Shown here: positions 1 to 12,724 of the stretch, one piece after another
Layout of the letters: each line of letters opens with the position of its first letter
Numbering within the stretch: position 1 is the stretch's first letter
Made by a program: the position numbers and the translations under genes
NCBI GenBank assembly: GCA_047495785.1
Contig: JBLDXI010000036.1
Coordinates: 868,001-932,000 of the forward strand
From: Lepidodermella squamata
Lineage: Eukaryota > Animalia > Gastrotricha
DNA: 64,000 nt
Direction: 5' to 3'
Notes under the pieces: generated by a model
What the model saw: only the letters and a program-made list of their open reading frames with translations
Databases searched by the model: none
What the model was told of the DNA's origin: nothing

Positions 1-92
1 TACAAAAAAATAAAATAAACAATATATGTTATTTTTTTTAATTTAATTAAAAAATTTGGAAAAATAAAAAAACAATAAAACCTTGTGCTAAC

Positions 93-395
93 CTGAGGAA
101 ATGTACCGCGAAGTTGCAAGAATTCAACAGGAGGCCCGGTTTCGCGATCGTCGATTTTCAGGCCATCGGGCAGATCGAGGTAGAAGTTATTCGCCCAGAA
201 CAAATCGCGGTCGACAAAGCCGAAGCAGTACTTCTCGCCGCGCTCAATTTTCGCGTGAAATTGAACGGCCGTCGGCTGTGGCTCGACGAGACCGCAGTAA
301 AAGTAGGTTCGCGGCCCTGGCCGTTTATCGCGAACGCAATCGGCAAAACCAACTGCAGAGAGCGTTTTCGTAGATGGGATAAAAGTTCGTGGCAT
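93..395 (-). CDS. First exon (101 codons) of an unknown gene transcribed divergently from the transposase; continues beyond the window start
   Basis: ATG at 395; open frame MPRTFIPSTKTLSAVGFADC...LQLRGTFPQ; donor CAG|GTTAGC at 93/92 followed by very AT-rich intron-like sequence. GC-rich coding composition matches the transposase. Not in the ORF track because no stop occurs before the window edge. Confidence 0.6.
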
Positions 396-630
396 TTTAC
401 GACTCGAAAGACGAATTTGACTTCAAACTAAAATTTTCTCTGTTTTAAACACCCTGACTTCAAAGCGCGGCCGCCGAACACAGGCACACACCCGCCGTGT
501 CGAGGATGCAGGTGTGGAACGTTGCGGTTGGGAGCCGATTTCAGAACCGCACCTGTCATTAGCGCACCTGTTGACGGGTCGCTATTTTCGAGGATCCGCA
601 GTTAAAAAATTAGAATTCTAAAATTCTAAA

Positions 631-3082
631 ATGCCGAGAAAACGCCATCTTTTTGAAGATATTCTCGATTCGCCGCGACACTGCTCGAAAATTGAGCGGT
701 TGTACGACAATATTCTCGACTCGCCGAAGCCCGCCTCTCGTCCGTCCCTGTTCGCCAATATTCTCGACTCGCCGAAGCCCGCCTCTCGTCCGTCCCTGTT
801 CGCCAATATTCTCGACTCGCCGAAGCCCGCCGGCGACACGGCCCTGTTCGCCAATATTCTCGACTCACCGAAACCCGCCTCTCGTCCGTCCCTGTTCGCC
901 AATATTCTCGACTCGTCCAATGGCGAATTTGAAAACTCGCCTTTTCATGGCATTCTAGCAGAGCCGTCGTTTGTTATGTCGCCCTTGTATGAAGATATTC
1001 TAGATAAATACGACTGTGAGGTAATTTATTCAATTCATTTTTTATTGAATTTCTCAGATTCATTTAAAAAATTTCTATGATTTGATTAATTTTTAAAAAT
1101 TATAAAAATGTAATTTAATTTTTTTTAATTTATTTATATTTTAAATTATAATAAATTATATTTTAAATTTATTTAAATTTATTTAAATTTTTGATTAATT
1201 TTCAATTTTTCAATTTAATTTTTTTAGTCATTACACTTCTACCTTTCCGACGACCTATCGCTCGATCCTGTTGAAGTAAACAAGTCGAAATCATTGAAGG
1301 CTGGCCGCCGAGCGATTGAAATTGACCAGCCCGGCATTATCGATTGCATTCTGAATCTTGTTGAGCGCAAGCACGCCATGGTCGCCGCGAATAAGCGTCA
1401 CGGTGATGATGCTGCAGCTGGTGTTACGCTCGATGAATGCGTTGAAGAGTGTCAGCTGAACGGTTTTAAGTGCAGCCGCTCTTCCGTTTATCGACTGTTT
1501 CCGGCTTCTAACAAGAAACACAAGAATTCTGCGAAGACGCATCGCGCTGTCATTGGTTTGAAGTTACGGCCCAAGCGCTGCGATCTGCGAAAAGGCGATG
1601 AAAAACTCGATCATCATCGGAATGCGCGCATGACGTACCTCGACGAGTTGATGCTGCAGTTTCCTGATGACTTCACCTTTTTTAGCTGCGATAACAAAAA
1701 CTCGATCGTCGTTGGTGACACGTGCGTGACCAAGTTGTGCCAAAACAAGTACTACTACTTCGAAGGTGAACAGCCGAATTTGCCCGACCACAACTTTCCG
1801 GCTGATAAACACCTGAAAATTGTCCCCGCCGGCTACGAAAGACGCGAGCAGCCGTACGTGAGCGATTCTGGCCGCGTCAAGTGGCGCAACGCGGAGGTCG
1901 TCGTCGTAAACCGGTGCCGGCTTTTCAACGAGTGCGGCATAGCTGATCACGTGAGTGACCTCGCCACTCATGCCCTGAAAAATTCGCCCCGCGGAGGCGC
2001 ACCATGCTTCGTTCTCGTCGTCGACGCCGGGCCCGACTGGCGGATCGAATATCCTAATGTGCGGTATATGTATTGGCGCTTGTTTTGCGAACTCGGCCTC
2101 GAGGCGATGATTGTCGCGCATTATGCTCCAGGTTACAGTTTTCGAAATAAGGTAAATAATATTGGTCACAAATAAAATCTCAGGAATTTTCTAAAATTTA
2201 ATAAACTTTTAAAATTTATTGAATAGGTAAACAAAATAAAATAATTTATTTTCATGTTTTATTAGATTGAACGTCGATGGTCGAAGAGCAATCGGCTTTT
2301 AGTTGGCCACACTACGTCTCATCCGGACAAATGGCTGGATCAATATCCTCTGGCAAAGGACAAGCCGGTACGCGAACGATTAGCCGCCGAGTGCGCGCTC
2401 AAACTCGTGACTGAGCTCATCAATGGGAAACCGGCGGAGAAAGGCGTGCTCTTCTACTGCGTGGCTGAGCGCGCCGCGGCCGACCCGCGTTTCGTCATCA
2501 CCCCCGCGGAGCACGACTTCATCAACACCGCGAAGCCGAACGCGGTGGCTGTCGAGCAAAATCAGGACTTGTACGAAGACCTGATTCTCATGGAAAAGCA
2601 CATCGACCTGTAAGCCTTTTTTCTTTCATTAATTTATTTTCAAATTTTGAAGCTGAAATTAATTTTGATTTTTTTTCAAAAAAAATTCAAAAAAATTGAA
2701 TGCTAAAATTAAATTATTATTTTTTTTCAATTTCAGCCGCTGCGGCCAGGTCTGTTTTACTCGGTGCGAGGATTCAGCCTGCGTACATTGCGGACAGCAT
2801 CCGCCGCCCGCCTCCGGCCTGTGGAAGTACCTGAATCAACACGGCGTCCCCGACCCCGAGTACGACGATTCTCGGCCGGGTCAATACAAGAAATTCGCCG
2901 ATGTGTTTGAAGCCCGGCAACGCAGCGCTGCTGTTGAGGCAACGAATCCGCGGCCGCCGGCTGGTCGTTGCGAAATTTGCCCATCATACAGCTTTTTCAG
3001 CGAGATCCACAAAACCAGGCACACTAATATGATGCATCCCGAAATTTTGAAAAAAGGAAATAAAAAATCACGGAAAGATTGA
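631..3082 (+). CDS. Zator-like DDE transposase, ~667 aa; exons 631-1020, 1228-2151, 2266-2609, 2737-3082
   Basis: All three introns are GT-AG and phase-consistent. Motifs FSCDNK, VDAGPD and HYAPGYSFRNK|IERRWS match the TP36/ISAzo13-type DDE pattern. C-terminal CxxxxCxxC and a C2H2-like CEIC...HKTRHTNMMH. Confidence 0.8.
655..920 (+). repeat. 48-bp coding tandem repeat (~5 units; NILDSPKPASRPSLFA) in the transposase N-terminus
   Basis: aatattctcgactcgccgaagcccgcctctcgtccgtccctgttcgcc repeated head-to-tail in frame. Confidence 0.95.
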
Positions 3083-3519
3083 TAATATGCGAGTTTATAT
3101 TTATTTTTGAAAAACGTTTGACAAATAAAGAGGCGGCATAATATTTGAAATTGTTGTTCATTTTGTTCCTCTTCGCTTTTCGAAAACAACGTGTGTTGTA
3201 TACGTGCACAGTCCCTCCATTGTGTGTGTATCGCGCGACGGGACTGGCGCTGAGAAGGCGGCGGACCGCACACTGTGTGGGGGTGGGACTGGCACTGCGA
3301 GGCGGCGGGCCGCCCGCGGTTTTGGTTACGAACGCGAGCGGGCCTCATGCTGGGCTATAAATTTGACGACAAACAGCGTTTCACCTATTTATATAGCAAA
3401 TTTGAGGCTGCTCCCATGTGTAACTGTCTACTATGGCCTGCCGTCAACTCCGCCGCCAACCTACACCTGCACCGGCCTGCCACGGCCTGCCACTGATTGC
3501 TGCGTTTCGGCATGGCCCC

Positions 3520-5519
3520 TTACGGTGGGCTGTCTATCAACTCAACCAGCGGCTCAATGTACCTGGATAGAAGCTTGCTTATTTCCGATAACTCCTCGTT
3601 CACAATCGCTACATACGTATTTTTTCCGAATGGCTCGAGCGGCATGCAGAGAATTTTCGAGTTCTACAACGAAAACGATCTCACGAGCGTTGACATCAAC
3701 AAGGCTACGGACCTTCTCCGAATAACCTTGAGTAGGTCTCGAAATATAATTTGCATCCGCATGTCGACAATATTTAGCAATCAGAGTGGACACATTTTCA
3801 ACAAAATTGAGCTACTTTCCAATGTCGTAGCGGTTTTTATTTAAAAAAAAATAATTCAAAAATTATCTATGGTTCAAGATTCTTAGATATAGGATTCTCG
3901 CGTGTAAAATAATTACAACTAAAGAAATAAGCGCCCTGATGTTAGATGAATTAACCCCCTAAGCTACTGGGGAATTTGGCTCAGGAGCCACGCCGATCCG
4001 GCAGATATAATATGGCCCTACAGTGTCACTCGTGCCGGAAGGACACGGACGGACCGGAGGGATAATCATGTATGCCACGTGGGACCCTCTTAACCACCTC
4101 CAGTGGAATCCCAGCTATCCCGTTTCTTAATTTTCCAAATGTTGAGTGATGAAATTCAAGTTACCAACCGACCCGTCTTGAAATTTCAAAGCTATTCCTA
4201 GTGAGACTTTCGTTTTAGCCAGCCGAGGGCCGGCGAGAAGGACAGTCCTCCGAGCTTCGAGATAGCGATATGCCCACCGCCACAAATGCAGCAATGATGT
4301 GAGTGTTATTGAAAAATTAAAGAAATGTATTCCAACCAGGTAAAAACCAAAAATTACCGAACCTGTGAACATCGGGTTTCTCAGGGGTTTTTTCTATTTT
4401 TTTACATCGAAGTAACATCGTGTATGAAGTATGGGACAGTCCCCAGTTGGCTTAATTTCTGAACATTAGTTAATTCCTGAAAAATTACAAAAATTACAAA
4501 AATTTGCGAAACTTCCTTCCCCACAGATCAGAGCTACACTGTAGATCTCAACGGAGCAATTTCAAGCTTGGATCCGACGTATGCCTTTGTAGCTATATCT
4601 TACAACTACGATACGCAGAAGCTGTTGGTCGTTCATGACAACTTTATCCACGAAGAATCGCTCACTTCCAGGCCGCTGGTTAGCTCGAAAATTAAACTCG
4701 GCGGCGATTTGGGTGGATCTGTCAATTTCCAAGGCGGGCTGGCATGCTTCTCGTACCATAAACACGCTATGACCGTCGCACAATTGTGGATACTTCGAAA
4801 GAAGTGTCTTCAAATCCGCAAAAGGTGGATTATGACTCGGGAGATTGTCTCCACTTTAATAAATTCGCCTGCAGTTTGGCCTCTGGTTTCCGATCTGAGT
4901 AATAGCCAAGGGCTGACAACTAATTCTACAACCCCGATTGAGTCTTTTCAGCGGGTAACTGGACCGTTCGGCCGGCCTAGTACTGCTTTTTATTTCAACT
5001 TAACCGATCCCATAGCTACATCCTTAGTATATGGCTAATTCGGCCAAGCTGACTGGCACAATCATGGAATTCGCTCCCGATGGATTGGCGACGGGTTTGA
5101 AGATCATGGCTGACGTTAATGAGACCTTTATTCTCAGGCCTTATGGCAATGGGTCGGCCGATTTAACAGTTCGCTGCGCTGAATCGAGTGGAATCGAGTG
5201 GCATTTTCTCAGGATTGCCGCCGACCTTACAAACGAAAAGATCTCCCTTGCGTGCGATTCAAGAGCTAAATCCGAAGCTGACTTGGAACCAAAGCTGACC
5301 ACAGCTGGATCTTTCCATTTCGCTGGGTTTGTACCTTAAAATGATGGTATTTGCTCATTTTTTTATTATGTATTACTTGTTTGTAGGTCTTGGGCTACTC
5401 CTGTCGAGCAACTTAAAGGAAGCATTGCTTGCTTGAGCTTCGGCCCGTATATACACCCCAATGTCATGCCGATTTTAGAGTTGAATTGTGCTTCCTACGC
5501 GATTCCTGAAATGTTATAA
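3520..5519 (+). pseudogene. 3' part of a secreted 2x LamG-like family gene; truncated at the transposon and frameshifted near 5030
   Basis: Exons ~3520-3731, ~4529-5327 and 5387-5519 are homologous to the copies at 43-64 kb (SFTIATYVFFP, GLACFSYHKHAMT..QLWILRKKC, GPFGRP, EFAPDG). A deletion shifts frame after TDPIATS. Confidence 0.8.
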
Positions 5520-6451
5520 AATTCGCCCCACCCCTCGAGCTATACCATGTAAAGAATATTCGGCAAGCTGGCGTACATGATTTTTCTGACCTTTGTGTTG
5601 ATTATAGTAATGTATATTTAAAAATATCAATTATCAAGTTTGTAGAGAATGACGAGCGGAACAAATTCTATATACGTAATGCCGTTTCATCAAATAAAAA
5701 ATAGGGTGTGCTCGCATGGCGTTTTCTCGAAGATAAGGGCGGCTTCGTACGAACGGACATTTCACTTCGTCGTACAGAGCAAGGCAGTGGTTTGAGAAGG
5801 ATTATGACTGAAGGGGATAAGGCACCCCAGCAACCGTGTACTTCGCAACCTGTTGCTGACACCGATGTTGATAGGGTTGGTTCAGAGGGGCGCGAACATC
5901 GAGGTCGTAAAATGACCGCTCGGGAGACGGTCTCCAATCTCAACCACAACATCGTCACGGAGAATGGAGAATGAGCAGAGGATTGAGTCGGCTTCGGAGT
6001 TGAAAAGCCGGTGTCTCGAGGGAGTTCTTTTTTAACGAGGGAGCGCTGTGTCATGATGGTAAAGGGCTTGGGCATTAGGTTCAACTTCGTATTAAACCAT
6101 GAAACATAGCAGCAGAAACTATATTCCAACGACTGGTTGTCCCTAACCGAAGAACGCAAGAAACCTAAAGATCAATGAAGAAATCCACCCACGGATGACG
6201 CGTGATTTTATTTAATCCATAATCAATTACAGACTGCAGACTGTCCATTTTTTGGAGCTCGATTATCAAACCCCCAACCCCAAAGCAAAAAAGGCAAGAT
6301 AAACCCTGATATATAAAATACTCTTAGCTATGGCTCAGTGCTCAGTGTCAAAATACATAGGCCAAGCATATAGGAAATGTTTTTTCGCAATGCATAAAAG
6401 TGCAATTCGGTGGGGATTTGGAGCCAACGACGATACTCATGGATTTAGAAT

Positions 6452-8678
6452 TCAGGAGATCATCAACAGAAATAAAATCGTGTCAGATATTATCACGATT
6501 AAAAGAGATACAATGCCCAGCAAGATATCAGCCAGGCGGCTCGTTCTGACAACACGGACAACGAGAAAGCATTTCATCTTGATTCTACTAGTCCCAAAAA
6601 AGTCCTTGAACGAGCAGTAAATTGTTATTAAAATGGCAATCGCAAACTTGATCCAAATCATGTAGACTGCGTAGATGGAGCTCGAAGTTTTCGGAATCAT
6701 GCCGTTGACATGGCTTAGCATCAGCAAATACGCTAGGACCACAGTTACGCAAAACGCTGCCCGATCGGTTTCGTCCGGCTCAGCTAGCAAACAAATGATC
6801 GGCATGGAAATAAGCGACAACGTTGGGAACAGCACATTCCAGATAAAGTATGTGGGCTTGCGTTTGAAAGAAATGCTGAAATCTATACGCGTGAAGTATT
6901 CATCACTGCTAGGATACTGCCATAGTGTGCTCGTCAGCGAATCTTCAACCAACTGCCAAATATCGGTGTCACTGACGAAATGTTCTCTCCACCTTCGAGA
7001 GATTCCGAAGTTATCGACGCTGAAATTGACAGCTAAAACTGGCTCGTACGATTCAAAGCTCAAGATGCAGGTTTGCTCGTCGAAAGGGAATTTGGCGTAA
7101 TTGAAGGAGGGGCAAGACACATCGAAGCGGTCGTATACATCCCAGTAGAATGAAGGTTCAGTGACTCGCATCTTCTTTATGTCATTCAACCTAAGATACA
7201 AAATGACTGATTCAGAGCATTAAAAAGTCCTGGAAATCCCCTCAGGGTGTGGAGTACACCCCAGCTCCGAAATTCCAAGCAGAGGCAGGATGAAAAAACC
7301 ACCGGGGGACCCTTTCGGATCTTTCGGCTAGGTGCTGGAAAACACCTCAGTTCCACAATCCTACTTCGCACACTGCATCTCCTCTCAGGAAAAATCCAAC
7401 ATACACAAATCCAGAATGGCCCCGAATGGCCCAAGGTGTTAGAAAAATATTTGAATTTTGTGAATTTTAGTAAACGGTGTCAGAGAGCGAGAGATGGTTG
7501 GGATGATCCCTACTAGTTCAATCTCTCCAGTTAGTTTAATGAACGACCAAAAAGAGACCCTTATGTCGATTTCCCTTCTCATTACCGGTTATGATGTCCT
7601 ACTTAGCTATCTGAGCGGTGTTAATGGTCTGAGATGTGGGGGAGGGCTTCGCTTTTCGCTCTACTCCTTTCTATTCCAGGAATTCTGTGCCCTTGGCCTT
7701 TGGCGAACATATTTTCCTCTGTTGATTTAAGCCATCTTACTATCCACTCGTTTTCATCGCCTTTTCTGTATCTTCCTGAAAATGGCAAAGGTGGGTTTAC
7801 TTAAAGAGGGACGATTTTTTATTCTTAGATGACTCAGGTTTAAGGGCGCATTTTTAGAAATAAGCAACTTATGTACGATGCACGTTAACTTTGACGAATT
7901 TTCAAGATTCTGTCTGGGATACATGATACATCCCGTGTGGATAAGCTTCAACAAAGATGGAAAAATAAAAGTTTGAATATTTTGGCTTTAGTAGGAACCT
8001 TTCGTAAGACATACGATATGAAAGCAGAATATACCCATAAAACCTGGGCTACTATTGGTAACCCCAGTTTGCAAGGCCAGGTGGAAAACCTCAACATGAG
8101 CAAAGGGGGACCGTTTGGTCGTAAAATGGTCAAAAGTAGCTCTTAATCATAGCAAAGCTAATATTTCTTATTATTCACTTATCATGAAGCTTAAATATCC
8201 AAGCATAAATCCATGGCCAAAACTGTGAAACTTGCCCATTCGGCTGTATCAGATGTCGTTCGATCGCTGAAATGTGGAACAATCGCGGCACCCATGACGC
8301 AACGTTCCAAGGGAAATAAATGAAGCCGGTGCCCTCATTGATACGCTCGCACTCCTCGCTGGTTGTCCAATTGAGTTCCTCGCAGCGCGGCCAATTTCCA
8401 GCGCACATAGGTAGCGGCCATCTCAGCTGTAAAAATCCGACCAGGGACAAACTCTGCTGCACGTCATCGATGCCGAAAAATCGGTACAGCTGCACTTCTA
8501 CCTCGACGCTGATCGGCGTGCCGGTTTTTGCGTAATTTTCATATGGCAGAGCTGTTGCATAGATCGCAGGGCACGAATCGGCGAATTCCTGTAGAAGTTT
8601 GTTAAATAAAGAAGGATCAGCCGCTACGACAAGCGTGAAGCAAGAGGTTACGATTGCTGAGATCAAGCAGCCAACCAT
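6452..8678 (-). CDS. Divergent Cys-loop ligand-gated ion channel (nAChR-like), ~393 aa; exons 8678-8236 and 7190-6452
   Basis: Signal peptide; GIDDVQQSLSLVGFLQLRW; WVPRL; Cys-loop CPSFNYAKFPFDEQTC; FKRKPTYF; four TM helices. The intron requires a GC donor (GG|GCAAGT) and TAG acceptor, phase 2. Confidence 0.85.
7243..7375. mobile_element. hAT-type MITE, family A copy (intronic)
   Basis: Ends cagggtgtggagtac...tacttcgcacactg; degenerate 8-bp TSD aatcccct/catctcct; internal sequence homologous to 58155-58319. Confidence 0.75.
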
Positions 8679-9298
8679 TTTATTAGGGGATCAAAAGCGA
8701 AATGGCGCGTTACGAGATGACGAGCCTACGCGCTTCAAATATTAAACGCCTCTGCAGCTTCCGTGATAAATACAAACTGTGGATATTACAGAATATATAT
8801 TGGCAATATTCGCCACCTGTAAAGCAAAAAAATGTAGGAAAAGCTATATCTGTAAAGGGAAGCTGGATAGCGCAACAGTCGAAATGCCGACCTGTTTTCG
8901 GCGCCGGTACAACTTCCTGTTTGAGAGCCAATATTCTGTTTCGCTTAGCTGGTATTTTTGGGCCCAAATTTTATGACCAAATTTCCCCTGTATTTTTTTG
9001 GGGATTTCCACTTTGGCCTTGCAAACTGGGGGGCACGATACAAGGATCACAATGATTGTCGAGCTTGAGGCTACATTCAGCAATTTTCGGCCTTGAATTA
9101 GGAAGGTCCCCTGCGGGTTTTTCACGTTTTCTTGACTGAAGACGGATCATTTCTAGCTTTGGAGAATTTTGATGATTTTTAAGACATTTCAGCCGATTTC
9201 AGCTCCATTTGCTGAAATGTCACTAGTGGAACGTCCGATCTCAAGGTGACAGGAATGAAATTATAAAGAGAAATCGAATTTCAAGGCGAAATAATTAA

Positions 9299-10953
9299 TC
9301 ATTGATGAATTTTATTGTTGTTATAACCATTTTCCGCCAATTTTTCAACAATTTTTGCATGTGATAAATAATCACCACCTGTTGACAGTTTCGCGCTTTC
9401 TCTTGAAAACACCTTGAGCCCATAAATGAGGTACTCCATTTCCGCCGTATTATTGCCAATGACGTAATGAAAAGACACCGGCATCTCAGATAATCCCTGC
9501 TTTGTCTCGTTGTAGTACCGATCGCCTTTCGGCATCCAGTTGGCGAATCGCTTAGGCGGGTACATCTCCATGGCTGGGTCGAGAAAATTGAACCGCTGCC
9601 GGCCTGTCGTGTCACGTGACTCGACCAGCTCAACGCCCGCTGTTGCTAAACATCGGCCCATGTTGACGTCTTCGTGAATCAACGGACTGAGGTGCCGAAT
9701 TCCGGGACATTTTTCTGGGTCAGTTGTTTTTCGCAACGCATTTTCGACCAAGTGCTTCACGCCTTGTTGGGAGGAAGAAAAAATGAAGAATGAAGTCTAT
9801 AATTACTTTTAAAATCTCTTTGCGGAGATTCAATTCAAAACCTTTGTTATGATTTAAAAAAAATCGAAGCCATGAGATTTTAATTTTTTTAATTTTTTGA
9901 ACGATTTAAAAATTGAAATTCTGAAAATATAATGGTTTTTGAAAAAAAAATTTTTTGGAAAAATCGGTAAAGGAATTGTTATTAATTAACTGTGATCATT
10001 CTAACCTTGTCGCGAGATGATGTAACCAGCCCCGCCAGCAGCGTAGTGATGTCGTAAATCAGGCCTCGTGTGATAGAATTTATCGGTCGCGTTGGTTTCC
10101 GTAAAATGCCGACCTGTGTAAATAGCTTCATCAGGCCGGAAATGTGTGGCGAGGAAGTACTTGAGATTTTCCATAATTATGAATGAATCATCATCGGCCT
10201 TCAAAAACCAGTCGAAATCATCGACCAGTCCTTCGTCAAAAACCCATTCGAAAGCTGCTCGAACCTTAAAAAAGAGATTGATTTACTATATAGAAAATTT
10301 CAATAAATTTTAAAAAATCGAAAATTTAATTTTGAAATTTGAGAAAATCGAAATACCGATCAATTGGTCCAAAACATGTCACAGAGGTTCGTGAAAAAAA
10401 ATATTTGAAGCTAAAAATTCGAAAATCATTCAAATCTTGAAACAAAGAGTTTGAAATTAAAAAAAATTAAAAGCTTTGATAATTCATAAATTAGGAATAA
10501 ATCTAAATTTCAAATCATTTCCGTATTCTCAAAAAATTAAAATTCATCGGGATTAATTTCTATGAATTTTTTTCGGAGATTAAGTGGGCGTACCTTTAGC
10601 CAAACTGCCTTGTAATTTCTTTTCGAACTGAATTTTTTCGCACCAATTTTCGGGTCATCCTTATCACTAACAAATACGTATCGATCGCATTTTCTAGCCC
10701 AAGATTCGCGGATAAATTTAGCTCGAGATTCGTGGTAATTTCTGGTTGTTAAAATCAGGCACATAACCCTGACCCGGGCCATGACCAGGTCAAAAACTGC
10801 CGAATTATTCGACTTGACAGAAAATAATTGATCAAAGCCATTCTCTACTGGTTTAATTGGGAATCGCCCGGCAAAATAGCCGAGAAAAATTCCAATTAAT
10901 ATGTAAAGCAACGCATTTGAGAAGGAATTCAAGTTCTTCCTTATTGAAACCAT
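9299..10953 (-). CDS. C1GALT1: Core 1 beta-1,3-galactosyltransferase-like protein (GT31, T-synthase-like); exons 10953-10594, 10264-10006, 9762-9299
   Basis: Type II TM anchor; RVMCLILT, SWARKCD, DWFLKADDDSF, YAAGGAGYIISR, EDVNMGRCL, ESRDTTGRQRF, PVSFHYV; splice phases consistent. Confidence 0.9.
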
Positions 10954-11213
10954 TTCATTGCAGCGAGAAATATTAATGAAAAATTAGGCTGAAAATGAAT
11001 GAAAAAAATAGGAGTTAATTCATAAAATCGCACGCGTCCACGTGAAAAGAGAAAATTAATGAAAAAATCTCAACAATTTTTATCATTTTCCTGGTGATTG
11101 AAAAATCACGTTTTTGCAAACCTTGCAACCCTGATTTCCTCATTGGCTGGTATTCCAACAGAAGAATTCGATTCAATTCGGATTTTTGTTTTTGAATCAT
11201 TTGATTCTATAGA
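10954..11213. promoter_or_regulatory. Probable bidirectional promoter between the C1GALT1-like and sulfotransferase genes
   Basis: Only 260 bp separate the head-to-head ATGs; ATTGG (reverse CCAAT) near 11142. Confidence 0.45.
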
Positions 11214-12724
11214 ATGCTGTATCACAATTTATATCGGCAACTGTGGTTTGTCTTTCGGAGGACGCCGATAACGAGCTTCGCCCTCGGTTTCGCTTCAGTG
11301 ATTTTCCTTACTACAACCATCGCCCGATATTCTCAAACCAGCTCAAACGAATGCCAGGTGAAGTATTTATTTTTCGGAGATTAATTTTCCAGCTTGAGTG
11401 TTTAAATTTCAATTTAAATATGGATTTCGAAATTGAATTTTAATTTTGAAATTAAATTTCAATTTTAAAATTCGAATTTTTCAAATTTTCGAAAACGCTG
11501 ATGAAACCTGAGAACATATTTTTATTTGAGCCGTTTTTTCTATGTTTTTCTCCAAATCAAACAGAGCCCTGCCGAAATACACTCCAGAATGGAAAAGCGA
11601 TTGGATCGGATTCGTGAAATATGCGAGAAAGACCCAGTGGCCGCTAGCCAATCGTTTGACTGGCAAGATTACGATAAGCGTCGAAATTCAAGCTACGTCT
11701 GGCTTTGGAACAACCTTCTCGTCAATGATAAATACAAATTCGTATTTTGCGCGTAAGTTTGCAAAAATAATTTCAATTTTCAAAAATATTCTACGAATTT
11801 CATTCATTAAAAATTGGAAATTTGGCCTATTTCTATTAATACCTTTTAGAATTCCAAAAGCTGGTAATACAAATACGCGGCACTATTTGATGCATTTGAG
11901 CGAAGGCAATTCCGGTGATTACAAGTACCGCGGCGCTGGTTGGAGCCGAGTCTACGATCCTAATTATAAAAATGACCACCTTCGAAAACTCAACGACTAC
12001 CCATTGGACGAGGCGAAGCAAATCATGGCTACTTACCGCAAATTTACCTTTGTTCGCGACCCACTCGAGCGGCTCATTTCATCATGGCGGGATAAATTTA
12101 CTGACAAAAATGGCAAAGTTCAAAAATTTAGGGTAAGAGAAAAATTTAAATTAGGCATAGAAAAATATTGAAAAGATAAAGTTATTGAAATTTGGAAATT
12201 TATACAAAGTTAAATTTTAAATGTTCTCGATTTTTTTCAAATTTCGAATTTTGAATTTTGAATTTCACTTTACTTTGAAATTTTAGATTTTATATTTTAA
12301 TTTCAATTTTCAGAAAATGGCATCAGAAATTGTGCGAAATTGCCGCCCCGAAGCGACGCAGGAAGAAATTCAATCAAGCGTGACGGCTCCGCTGAACGAA
12401 TTTCTATGCTACCTCAACAAGGCCGAAAGCCATCGCGAATTCGACGAACATTGGTACCCACAGTACGATCTGTGCCAACTCTGCGCTATCGACTACGAAT
12501 TTGTTGGATCTATGGACGATTTCGCGTGTGAGATGCAACATGTTGGCAGGGCGATAACAGGCCGGCAAAACGTGCCTAGACCTGCTGATCCTCCGAGGCG
12601 ATTTGTTAGCTCGAATAATTTAGCGAAATACCTTGACCCAGGATTCATGCCATTGTTGAAGGAAGTCATGAGAAAGCATTTTTGGCTCGATTTTCAAATG
12701 TTTGGCTATGCTATGCCCGAATAA
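11214..12724 (+). CDS. Golgi carbohydrate sulfotransferase (Sulfotransfer_2; CHST8-14/HNK-1ST-like); exons 11214-11357, 11565-11752, 11850-12132, 12314-12724
   Basis: N-terminal TM; 5'-PSB FVFCA|IPKAGNTN; 3'-PB FTFVRDPLERLISSWRDKF; DEHWYPQYDLCQLCAIDYEFVG; DFQMFGY; phases consistent. Confidence 0.9.

Larger units (their letters stand above)
1..3519 (+). mobile_element. Zator/TP36(ISAzo13)-like DNA transposon, right part; left end lies outside the window
   Basis: Transposase motifs (below). The putative terminus reads 5'-GGGGCCATGCCGAAACG on the - strand and is flanked by TTA (3520-3522), fitting the GG termini and TWA target duplication described for Zator. A host LamG exon resumes immediately after. 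Confidence 0.65.

Noticed and set aside
101-431. + strand Arg-rich ORFs (90 and 105 aa)
   Set aside because: Most likely shadows of the - strand exon, which has a clean ATG and splice donor.
655-920. CRISPR-like appearance of the 48-bp repeat (and of the 102-bp array)
   Set aside because: No unique spacers, in-frame coding repeats, eukaryotic context and no cas genes.
1564-2169. 201-aa - strand ORF
   Set aside because: Antisense shadow of the transposase exon.
5668-6159. 163-aa ORF or possible decayed LINE endonuclease
   Set aside because: No convincing motifs; only a vague SxH-like remnant in another frame.
7480-7740. Possible LINE C-terminal remnant in the intron
   Set aside because: Multiple stops; too degenerate to classify by eye.
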